Below are positions 11,101-23,400 of a stretch of DNA of 64,000 nt, one piece after another. Under the pieces are notes generated by a model. It saw only the letters and a program-made list of their open reading frames with translations, was not told the origin of the DNA and made no database searches. Numbering within the stretch: the stretch's first letter is position 1; every line of letters begins with the position of its first letter. The stretch spans positions 431,768,001-431,832,000 of the forward strand of contig OZ024740.1 of NCBI GenBank assembly GCA_964016885.1, in the 5' to 3' direction. This DNA comes from Eledone cirrhosa. Taxonomy: Eukaryota. The translations under genes and the position numbers were made by a program.

Positions 11101-13958
11101 GATGATTAGTGACATCAGGTGCTGGAGAAGATCCCTTCAAGCTGTGCAAGTGTAGGGGTCTGTGATGATTAGTGACATCAGGTACTGGAGAAGACCCCAT
11201 CAAGCTGTACAAGTGTGGGGTCTGTGTGGATTAGTGACATCAAGAACTGGAGAAGACCCCTTCAAGCTGTGCAAGTGTGGGGTCTGTGATGATTAGTGAC
11301 ATCAGTTGCTGGAGAAGACCCCTTCAAGCTGTGCAAGTGTGGGGTCTGTGATGATTAGTGACATCAGGTGCTGGAGAAGACCCCTTCAAGCTGTGCAAGT
11401 GTGGGGTCTGTGATGATTAGTGACATCAGTTGCTGGAGAAGACCCCTTCAAGCTGTGCAAGTGTGGGGTCTGTGTGGATTAGTGACATCAGTTGCTGGAG
11501 AAGATCCCTTCAAGCTGTACAAGTGTGGGGTCTGTGATGATTAGTGACATCAGGTGCTGGAGAAGACCCCTTCAAGCTGTACAAGTGTGGGGTCTGTGAT
11601 GATTAGTGACATCAGGTGCTGGAGAAGACCCCTTCAAGCTGTGCAAGTGTGGGGTCTGTGATGATTAGTGACATCAGGTGCTGGAGAAGACCCCTTCAAG
11701 CTGTACAAGTGTAGGGGTCTGTGATGATTAGTGACATCAGGTGCTGAAGAAGACCCCTTCAAGCTGTGCAAGTGTGGGGTCTTTGATGATTAGTGACATC
11801 AGGTGCTGAAGAAGACCCCTTCAAGCTGTGCAAGTGTGGGGTCTGTGTGGATTAGTGACATCAGGTGCTGGAGAAGATCCCTTCAAGCTGTGCAAGTGTG
11901 GGGTCTGTGATGATTAGTGACATCAGGTGCTGGAGAAGACCCCTTCAAGCTGTACAACTGTAGGGGTCTGTGTGGATTAGTGACATCAGGTGCTGGAGAA
12001 GACCCCTTCAAGCTGTGCAAGTGTAGGGGTCTGTGATGATTAGTGACATCAGGTGCTGGAGAAGACCCCTTCAAGCTGTGCAAGTGTGGGGTCTGTGATG
12101 ATTAGTGACATCAGTTGCTGGAGAAGACCCCTTCAAGCTGTGCAAGTGTGGGGTCTGTGATGATTAGTGACATCAGGTGCTGGAGAAGACCCCTTCAAGC
12201 TGTGCAAGTGTGGGGTCTGTGTGGATTAGTGACATCAGGTGCTGGAGAAGACCCCTTCAAGCTGTACAAGTGTGGGGTCTGTGATGATTAGTGACATCAG
12301 GTGCTGGAGAAGACCCCTTCAAGCTGTACAAGTGTAGGAGTCTGTGATGATTAGTGACATCAGGTGCTGGAGAAGACCCCTTCAAGCTGTACAAGTGTGG
12401 GGTCTGTGATGATTAGTGACATCAGGTGCTGGAGAAGACCCCTTCAAGCTGTACAAGTGTGGGGTCTGTGATGATTAGTGATATCAGGTACTGGAGAAGA
12501 CCCCTTCAAGCTGTACAAGTGTGGGGTCTGTGATGATTAGTGACATCAAGAACTGGAGAAGACCCCTTCAAGCTGTGCAAGTGTAGGGGTATGTGTGGAT
12601 TAGTGACATCAAGAACTGGAGAAGACCCCTTCAAGCTGTGCAAGTGTGGGGTCTGTGATGATTATTAACATCAAGAACTGGAGAAGACCCCTTCAAGCTG
12701 TGCAAGTGTGGGGTCTGTGTGGATTAGTGACATCAGGTGCTGGAGAAGACCCCTTCAAGCTGTACAAGTGTGGGGTCTGTGTGGATTAGTGACATCAGGT
12801 GCTGGAGAAGACCCCTTCAAGCTGTACAAGTGTAGGGGTCTGTGTGGATTAGTGACATCAGGTGCTGGAGAAGACCCCTTCTAGCTGTACAAGTGTGGGG
12901 TCTGTGATGATTAGTGACATCAGGTGCTGGAGAAGACCCCTTCAAGCTGTGCAAGTGTAGGGGTCTGTGATGATTAGTGACATCAGGTGCTGGAGAAGAC
13001 CCCTTTAAGCTGTACAAGTGTGGGGTCATTGTGGATTAGTGACATCAGGTGCTGGAGAAGACCCCTTTAAGCTGTACAAGTGTGGGGTCTGTGTGGATTA
13101 GTGACATCAGGTGCTGGAGAAGACCCCTTTAAGCTGTACAAGTGTGGGGTCTGTGTGGATTAGTGACATCAGGTGCTGGAGAAGACCCCATCAAGCTGTA
13201 CAAGTGCGGGGTCTGTGATGATTAGTGATATCAGGTGCTGGAGAAGACCCCTTCAAGCTGTGCAAGTGTAGGAGTCTGTGATGATTAGTGACATCAGGTG
13301 CTGGAGAAGACCCCTTCAAGCTGTACAAGTGCGGGGTCTGTGATGATTAGTGATATCAGGTGCTGGAGAAGACCCCTTCAAGCTGTGCAAGTGTGGGGTC
13401 TGTGTGGATTAGTGACATCAGGTGCTGGAGAAGACCCCTTCAAGCTGTGCAAGTGTGGGGTTTGTGATGATTAGTGACATCAAGAACTGGAGAAGACCCC
13501 TTCAAGCTGTGCAAGTGTAGGGGTCTGTGTGGATTAGTGACATCAAGAACTGGAAAAGACCCCTTCAAGCTGTACAAGTGTAGGGGTCTGTGTGGATTAG
13601 TGACATCAGGTGCTGGAGAAGACTCCATCAAGCTGTACAAGTGTGGGGTCTGCGATGATTAGTGACATCAGGTGCTGGAGAAGACTCCATCAAGCTGTAC
13701 AAGTGTGGGGTCTGCGATGATTAGTGACATCAGGTGCTGGAGAAGACCCCATCAAGCTGTACAAGTGTGGGGACTGCGATGATTAGTGACATCAGGTGCT
13801 GGAGAAGACCCCATCAAGCTGTGCAAGTGTGGGGTCTGTGATGATTAGTGACATCAGGTGCTGGAGAAGACCCCATCAAGCTGTGCAAGTGTGGGGTCTG
13901 TGGTGATTAGTGACATCAGGTGCTAGAGAAGACCCCCATCAAGCTGTACAAGTGTGGG
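8184..13958. repeat. 62-bp tandem satellite, about 93 copies
   Basis: Unit GATTAGTGACATCAGGTGCTGGAGAAGACCCCTTCAAGCTGTGCAAGTGTGGGGTCTGTGAT, with 63-bp variants. Confidence 0.97.
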
Positions 13959-14169
13959 AAAACAAACATGAAAAGGGTTGTTGTTATGTAAGCCAGGAAG
14001 TATAATAAATCTGCCATTGGGTGCAAGCCAAAATACAGATCTGTTTGAGCAAGACATGGTCACCTGACCTGAATTGTCTCATAATGTGACAACCCATCTA
14101 ACTCATATAAGTATGGAAAATGAACATTAAATGATGATGAAAATGATGGTGATAGAAAATACTACTTAC

Positions 14170-14320
14170 AGAATTCAAATTTTCAAGTTCACAAGTTATA
14201 AAGCATTCATCTCTATCTTCTGAACATTTCTGTAAACATGCTTTACTCCTTTGAATTGTGGCTTGCACACTCAACGATTCCACTGTATTTATCACAGCTG
14301 AATAACGTAATACTCGGTAT
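14170..14320 (-). CDS. TRAPPC8: TRAPPC8 exon: (K)YRVLRYSAVINTVESLSVQATIQRSKACLQKCSEDRDECFITCELENLNS
   Basis: Acceptor TTCAG| at 14321, donor |GTAAGT at 14169. 151 nt, phase 2 to 0, exactly complementing the exon 32.4 kb upstream. Resembles the vertebrate HRILRHTAIICTSRSLNVRATVCRS segment. Confidence 0.9.
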
Positions 14321-14483
14321 CTGAATAAATAAAATTAAAGCACATTTAAAGCAGTTTTTAAAATAAAAAGAGGCACATGAGGCATGAGTACAGCTGAATA
14401 AATCTCAGTACTACACTGGTATGTTATCTACTGCAGAAGGTTGAAATATAAATTCATCCTTTACAGGATTTAAACGAAGCAGG

Positions 14484-17400
14484 CAGCCAGAGTGGCAGCA
14501 GTGTACCCATGAAAGTATGACTCACTGTTACCATGTAGACAGCAGTACACCCATGAAAGTATGACTCACTGTTACCATGTAGCCAGGGTGGCAGCTGTGT
14601 ACCCATGAAAGTATGACTCACTGTTACCATGTAGCCAGAGTGGCAGCAGTGTACCCATGAAAGTATGACTCACTGTTACCATGTAGCCAGCAGTACACCC
14701 ATGAAAGTATGACTCACTGTTACCATGTAACCAGGGTCGCAGCTGTGTAAACATGAAAGTATGACACACTGTTACCATGTAGCCAGGGGGCAGCAGTACG
14801 CCCATGAAACTGTGACTCAGTGTTACCATGTAGCCAGGGTGGCAGCAGTACACTCATGAAAGTATGAATCACTGTTACATGTAACCAGGGTGGCAGCAGT
14901 GTACCCATGAAACTGTGACTCACTGTTAACATGTAGCCAGGGTGGCAGCAGTGTACCCATGAAAGTGTGACTCACTGTTACCATGTAGCCAGGGTGGCAG
15001 CAGTACACCCATGAAAGTATGACTCAGTGTTACCATGTAGCCAGGGTGGCAGCAGTGTACTCATGAAAGTATGACTCACTGTTACCATGTAGCCAGTGTG
15101 GCAGTAGTACACCCATGAAAGTATGACTCACTGTTACCATGTAGCCAGGGTGGCAGCTGTGTACCCATGAAAGTATGACTCACTGTTACCATGTAACCAC
15201 GGTGGCAGCAGGGTACCCATGAAACTGTGACTCACTGTTACCATGTAGCCAGGGTGGCAGCAGTACACCCATGAAATTGTGACTCAGTGTTACCATGTAG
15301 CAAGGGTGGCAGCAGTGTACCCATGATAGTATGACTCACTGTTACCGTGTAACCAGGGTGGTAGCAGTACACCCATGAAAGTATGACTCACTGTTACCAT
15401 GTAGCCAGGGTGGCAGCAGTACACCCATGAAAGTATGACTCACTGTTACCATGTAACCAGGGTGGCAGCAGTGTACCCATGAAAGTATGACTCACTGTTA
15501 CCATGTAGCCAGAGTGGCAGCAGTACACCCATGAAAGTATGACTCACTGTTGCCATGTAGCCAGGGTGGCAGCTGTGTACCCATAAAAGTATGACTCACT
15601 GTTACCATGTAGCCAGGGTGGCAGCAGTACACCCATGAAAGTATGACTCACTGTTACCATGTAGCCAGCAGTGTACCCATGAAAGTATGACTCACTGTTA
15701 CCATGCAGCCAGGGTGGCAGCAGTGTACCCATGAAACTGTGACTCAGTGTTACCATGTAGCCAGGGTGGCAGCAGTGTACCCATGAAACTGTGACTCAGT
15801 GTTACCATGTATCAGGGTAGCAGCAGTACACCCATGAAACTGACTCACCATGTAGCCAGGGTGGCAGCAGTACACCCATGAAACTGTGACTCAGTGTTAC
15901 CATGTAGCCAGGGTGGCAGCAGTACACCCATGAAACTGTGACTCACTGTTACCATGTAGCCAGGGTGGCAGCAGTACACCCATGAAAGTATGACTCAGTG
16001 TTACCATGAAGCCAGGGTGGCAGCAGTGTACCCATGAAACTGACTCACCATGTAGCCAGGGTGGCAGCAGTGTACCCATGAAAGTATGACTCACTATTAC
16101 CATGTAGCCAGCAGTGTACCCATGAAAGTATGACTCACTGTTACCATGTAGCCAGGGTGGCAGCAGTACACCCATGAAAGTATGACTCACTGTTACCATG
16201 TAGCCAGGGTGGCAGCTGTGTACCCATGAAAGTATGGCTCACTGTTACAATGTAGCCAGGGTGGCAGCTGTGTACCCATAAAAGTATGACTCACTGTTAC
16301 CATGTAGCCAGGGTGGCAGCTGTGTACCCATGAAAGTATGACTCACTGTTACCATGTAACCAGGGTGGCAGCAGTGTACCCATGAATGTATGACTCACAG
16401 TTACCATGTAGCCAGGGTGGCAGCAGTACACCCATGAAAGTATGACTCACTGTTACTATGTAGCCAGGGTGGCAGCTGTGTACCCGTGATTAGTATGACT
16501 CACTATTACCATGTAGCCAGCAGTGTACCCATGAAAGTATGACTCACAGTTACCATGTAGCCAGGGTGGCAGATGTGTACCCATGAAAGTATGACTCACT
16601 GTTACCATGTAGCCAGGGTGGCAGCAGTACACCCATGAAAGTATGACTCACTGTTACCATGTAGCCAGGGTGGCAGCTGTGTACACATAAAAGTATGACT
16701 CACTGTTACCATGTAGCCAGGGTGGCAGCTGTGTACCCATGAAAGTATCACTCACTGTTACCATGTAGCCAGGGTGGCAGCAGTGTACCCATGAAAGTAT
16801 GACTCACTGTTACCATGTAGCCAGGGTGGCAGCTAGTGTACCCATGAAAGTATGACTCACTGTTACCATGTAGCCAGGGTGGCAGCTGTGTACCCATGAA
16901 AGTATGACTCACTGTTACCATGAAGCCAGAGTGGCCGCAGTGTACCCATGAAAGTATGACTCATTGTTACCATGTAGCCATGAAAGTATGACTAACTGTT
17001 GCCATGTAGCCAGGGTGGCAGCTGTGTACCCATGAAAGTATGACTCACTGTTGCCATGTAGCCAGGGTCGCAGCAGAACACCCATGAAAGTATGACTCAC
17101 CATGTAGCCAGGGTGGCAGCAGTACACCCATGAAACTGACTCACTGTTACCATGTAGCCAGAGTGGCAGTAGTACACCCATGAAACTGTGACTCACAGTT
17201 ACCATGTAGCCAGGGTGGCAGCAGTAAACCCATGAAAGTATGACTCACTGTTACCATGTAGCCAGGGTGGCAGCTGTGTACCCATGAAAGTATGACTCAC
17301 TGTTACCATGCAGCCAGGGTGGCAGCTGTGTACCATTGAAAGTATGAGTCACTGTTACCATGTAGCCAGGGAGGCAGCAGTACACCCATGAAACTATGAC

Positions 17401-20400
17401 TCACTGTTGCCATGTAGCCAGGGTGGCAGCAATACACACATGAAAGTATGACTCACTGTTACCATGTAACCAGGGTGGCAGCAGTACACCCATGAAACTG
17501 ACTCACTGTTACCATGTAACCAGGGTGGCAGCAGTGTACCCATGAAAGTATGACTCACTGTTACCATGTAGCCAGGGTGGCAGCAGTACACCCATGAAAG
17601 TATGACTCACTGTTACCATGTAACCAGGGTGGCAGCAGTGTACCCATGAAAGTATGACTCACTGTTACCATGTAGCCAGAGTGGCAGCAGTACACCCATG
17701 AAACTGACTCACTGTTACCATGTAGCCAGGGTGGCAGCAGTACACCCATGAAACTATGACTCACTGTTGCCATGTAGCCAGGGTGGCAGCAGTACACACA
17801 TGAAAGTATGACTCACTGTTACCATGTAACCAGGGTGGCAGCAGTACACCCATGAAACTGACTCACTGTTACCATGTAACCAGGGTGGCAGCAGTGTACC
17901 CATGAAAGTATGACTCACTGTTACCATGTAGCCAGGGTGGCAGCAGTACACCCATGAAAGTATGACTCACTGTTACCATGTAACCAGGGTGGCAGCAGTG
18001 TACCCATGAAAGTATGACTCACTGTTACCATGTAGCCAGAGTGGCAGCAGTACACCCATGAAACTGACTCACTGTTACCATGTAGCCAGGGTGGCAGCAG
18101 TACACCCATGAAAGTATAACTCACTGTTACCATGTAGCCAGCTGTGTACCCATAAAAGTATGACTCACTGTTACCATGTAGCCAGGGTGGCAGCTAGTGT
18201 TTCCATGAAAGTAAGACTCACTGTTACCATGTACCCAGAGTGGCAGCTGTGTACCCATGAAAGTATGACTCACTGTTACCATGTAGCCAGGGTGGCAGCA
18301 GTGTACCCATGATAGTATGACTCACAGTTACCATGTAGCCAGGGTGTCAGCAGTACACCCATGAAAATATGACTCACTGTTACCATGTAGCCAGGATGGC
18401 AGCTGTGTACCCATGAAAGTATGACTCACTGTTACCATGTAGCCAGGGTGGCAGCAGTGTACCCATCAAAGTATGACTCACTGTTACCATGAAGCCAGAG
18501 TGGCCGCAGTGAACCCATGAAACTGTGACTCAGTGTTGCCACGTAGCCAGGGTGGCAGCTGTGTACCCATGAAGTATGACTCACTGTTACCATGTAGCCA
18601 GAGTGGCAGCAGTGTACCCATGAAACTGTGACTCAGTGTTACCATGTAGCCAGGTGGCAGCAGTGTACCCATAAAACTGTGACTCACTGTTACCATGTAG
18701 CCATGAAAGTATGACTAACTGTTGCCATGTAGCCAGGGTGGCAGCTGTGGACCCATGAAAGTATGACTCACTGTTGCCATGTAGCCAGGGTGGCAGCAGT
18801 ACACCCATGAAAGTATGACTAACTTACCATGTAGCCAGGGTGGCAGCAGTGTACCCATGAAAGTATGACTCACTGTTACCATGAAGCCAGGGTGGAAACA
18901 GTGTACCCATGAAAGTATGACTCACTGTTACCATGTAGCCAGCAGTACACCCATGAAACTGACTCACTGTTACCATGTAGCCAGGGTGGCAGCAGTACAC
19001 CCATGAAACTGACTCACTGTTACCATGTAGCCAGGGTGGCAGCAGTACACCCATGAAACTGTGACTCAGTGTTACCATGTAGCCAGGGTGGCAGCAGTGT
19101 ACCCATGAAAGTATGACTCACTGTTACCATGTAGCCAGGGTGGCAGCAATACACCCATGAAAGTATGACTCACTGTTACTATGTAGCCAGGGTGGCAGCA
19201 GTACACCCATGAAACTGTGACTCAGTGTTACCATGTAGCCAGGGTGGCAGCAGTGTACCCATGAAAGTATGACTCACTGTTACCATGTAGCCAGCAGTAC
19301 ACTCATGAAAGTATGACTCACTGCTACCATGTAGCCAGGGTGGCAGCAGTACACCCATGAAAGTATGACTCACTGTTACCATGTAGGCAGGGTGGCAGCT
19401 GTGTACCCATGAAAGTATGACTCAGTTACCATGTAACCAGGGTGGCAGCAGTGTACCTATGAAACTGTGACTCAGTGTTACCATGTAGCCAGGGTGGCAG
19501 CAGTACACCCATGAAAGTATAACTCACTGTTACCATGTAGCCAGGCTGGCAGAAGTGTAACCATGAAAGTATAACTCACTGTTACCATGTATCCAGGGTG
19601 GCAGCAGTGTACCCATGAAAGTATGACTCAATGTTACCATGTAGCCAGGGTGGCAGCAGTACACCCATGAAAGTATGACTCACTGTTACCATGTAGCCAG
19701 GGTGGCAGCTGTGTACCCATGAAAGTATGACTCACTGTTGCCATGTAGCCAGGGTGGCAGCTGTGTAGCCATGAAATTATGACTCACTGTTACCATGTAG
19801 CCAGGGTGGCAGCAGTGTACCCATGAAAGTATGACTCACAGTTACCATGTAGCCAGGGTGGCAGCAGTGTACCCATGAAAGTATGACTCACAGTTACCAT
19901 GTAGCCAGAGTGGCAGCAGTGTAGCCATGAAAGTATGACTAACTGTTACCATGTAGCCAGGGTGGCAGCAGTGTACCCATGAAAGTATGACTCACTGTTA
20001 CCATGTAGCCAGGGTGGCAGCAGTGTACCCATGAAAGTATGACTCACAGTTACCATGTAGCCAGAGTGGCAGCAGTGTACCCATGAAAGTATGACTAACT
20101 GTTACCATGTAGCCAGGGTGGCAGCAGTGTACCCATGAAAGTATGACTCACTGTTACCATGTAGCCAGGGTGGCAGCAGTACACCCATGAAAGAATGACT
20201 CACTGTTACCATGTAGCCAGGGTGGCAGCAGTACACCCATGAAAGTATGACTCACAGTTACCATGTAGCCAGGGTGGCAGCAGTACACCCATGAAAGTAT
20301 GACTCATTGTTACCATGTAGCCAGGGTGGCAGCTGTGTACCCATGAAAGTATGACTCACTATTACCATGCAGCCAGGGTGGCAGCTGTATAGCCATGAAA

Positions 20401-23400
20401 GTATGACTCACTGTTACCATGTAGCCAGGGTGGCAGCAGTGTAGCCATGAAAGTATGACTAACTGTTACCATGTAGCCAGGGTGGCAGCTGTGTACCCAT
20501 GAAAGTATGACTCACTGTTACCATGTAGCCATGAAATTATGACTAACTGTAACCATGTAGCCAGGGTGGCAGCTGTGTACCCATGAAAGTATGACTCACT
20601 GTTACCATGTAGCCAGGGTGGCAGCTGTCTAGCCATGAAAGTATGACTCACAGTTACCATGTAGCCAGGGTGGCAGCAATAAACCCATGAAAGTATGACT
20701 CACTGTTACCATGTAGCCAGGGTGGCAGCTGTGTACCCATGAAAGTATGACTCACTGTTACCATGCAGCCAGGGTGGCAGCAGTACACCCATGAAACTAT
20801 GACTCACTGTTGCCATGTAGCCAGGGTGGCAGCAGTATACACAAGAAAGTAGGACTCACTGTTACCATGTAGCCAGAGTGGCAGCAGTACACCCATGAAA
20901 CTGACTCACTGTTACCATGTAGCCAGGGTGGCAGTAGTGTACTCATGAAAGTATGACTCACAGTTACCATGTAGCCAGAGTGGCAGCAGTACACCCATGA
21001 AACTGAATCACTGTTACCATGTAGCCAGGGTGACAGTAGTGTACTCATGAAAGTATGACTCACTGTTACCATGTAGCCAGGTGGCAGCAGTGTACCCATG
21101 AAACTGTGACTCAGTGTTACCATGTAGCCAGGGTGGCAGCAGTACACCCATGAAAGTATAACTCACTGTTACCATGTAGCCAGCTGTGTACCCATAAAAG
21201 TATGACTCACTGTTACCATGTAGCCAGGGTGGCAGCAGTGTACCCATGAAAGTATGACTCACTGTTACCATGTAGCCAGGGTGGCAGCTGTGTAGCCATG
21301 AAATTATGACTCACTGTTACCATGTAGCCAGGGTGGCAGCAGTGTACCCATGAAAGTATGACTCACAGTTACCATGTAGCCAGAGTGGCAGCAGTGTAGC
21401 CATGAAAGTATGACTAACTGTTACCATGTAGCCAGGGTGGCAGCAGTGCACCCATGAAAGTATGACTCACTGTTACCATGTAGCCAGGGTGGCAGCAGTA
21501 CACCCATGAAAGAATGACTCACTGTTACCATGTAGCCAGGGTGGCAGCAGTACACCCATGAAAGTATGACTCACAGTTACCATGTAGCCAGGGTGGCAAC
21601 AGTACACCCATGAAAGTATGACTCACTGTTACCATGTAGACAGGGTGGCAGCTGTGTACCCATGAAAGTATGACTCACTATTACCATTCAGCCAGGGTGG
21701 CAGCTGTGTAGCCATGAAAGTATGACTCACTGTTACCATGTAGCCAGGGTGGCAGCAGTGTAGCCATGAAAGTATGACTGTTACCATGTAGCCAGGGTGG
21801 CAGCTGTGTACCCATGAAAGTATGACTCACTGTTACCATGTAGCCATGAAATTATGACTAACTGTAACCATGTAGCCAGGGTGGCAGCTGTGTACCCATG
21901 AAAGTATGACTCACTGTTACCATGTAGCCAGGGTGGCAGCTGTGTAGCCATGAAAGTATGACTCACAGTTACCATGTAGCCAGGGTGGCAGCAGTAAACC
22001 CATGAAAGTATGACTCACTGTTACCATGTAGCCAGGGTGGCAGCTGTGTACCCATGAAAGTATGACTCACTGTTACCATGCAGCAAGGGTGGCAGCAGTA
22101 CACCCATGAAACTATGACTCACTGTTGCCATGTAGCCAGGGTGGCAGCAGTATACACAAGAAAGTAGGACTCACTGTTACCATGTAGCCAGAGTGGCAGC
22201 AGTACACCCATGAAACTGACTCACTGTTACCATGTAGCCAGGGTGTAAGTAGTGTACTCATGAAAGTATGACTCACTGTTACCATGTAGCCAGAGTGGCA
22301 GCAGTACACCCATAAAACTGAATCACTGTTACCATGCAGCCAGGGTGGCAGTAGTGTACTCATGAAAGTATGACTCACTGTTACCATGTAGCGAGCAGTA
22401 CACCCATGAAACTGACTAACTGTTACCATGTAGCCAGGGTGGCAGCAGTACACCCATGAAACTGTGACTCAGTGTTACCATGTAGCCAGGGTGGCAGCAG
22501 TGTACCCATGAAAGTATGACTCACTGTTACCATGTAGCCAGGGTGGCAGCAGTACACCCATGAAAGTATGACTCACTGCTACCATGTAGACAGGGTGGCA
22601 GCAGTACACCCATGAAAGTATGACTCACTGTTACCATGTAGCCAGGGTGGCAGCAGTGTACCCATGAAAGTATGACTCACTGTTACCATGTAGGCAGGGT
22701 GGCAGCTGTGTACCCATGAAAGTATGACTCACAGTTACCATGTAACCAGGGTGGCAGCAGTGTACCTATGAAACTGTGACTCAGTGTTACCATGTAGCCA
22801 GGGTGGCAGCAGTACACCCATGAAAGTATAACTCACTGTTACCATGTAGCCAGAAGTGTACCCATGAAAGTATAACTCACTGTTACCAAGTATCCAGGTT
22901 GGCAGCAGTGTACCCATGAAAGTATGACTCAATGTTACCATGTAGCCAGGGTGGCAGCAGTACACCCATGAAAGTATGACTCAGTTACCATGTAGCCAGG
23001 TTGGCAGCTGAGTACCCATAAAAGTATGACTCACTGTTACCATGTAGCCAGAGTGGCAGCAGTGTAGCCATGAAAATATGACTCACTGTTACCATGTAGC
23101 CAGGGTGGCAGCTGTGTAGCCATAAAAGTATGACTCACTGTTACCATGTAGCCAGGGTGGCAGCAGTGTACCCATGAAAGTATGACTCACTGTTACCATG
23201 TAGCCAGGGTGGCAGCTGTGTAGCCATGAAATTATGACTCACTGTTACCATGTAGCCAGGGTGGCAGCAGTGTACCCATGAAAGTATGACTCACAGTTAC
23301 CATGTAGCCAGAGTGGCAGCAGTGTAGCCATGAAAGTATGACTAACTGTTACAATGTAACCACAGTGGCAGTAGGGTACCCATGAAACTGTGACTCACTG

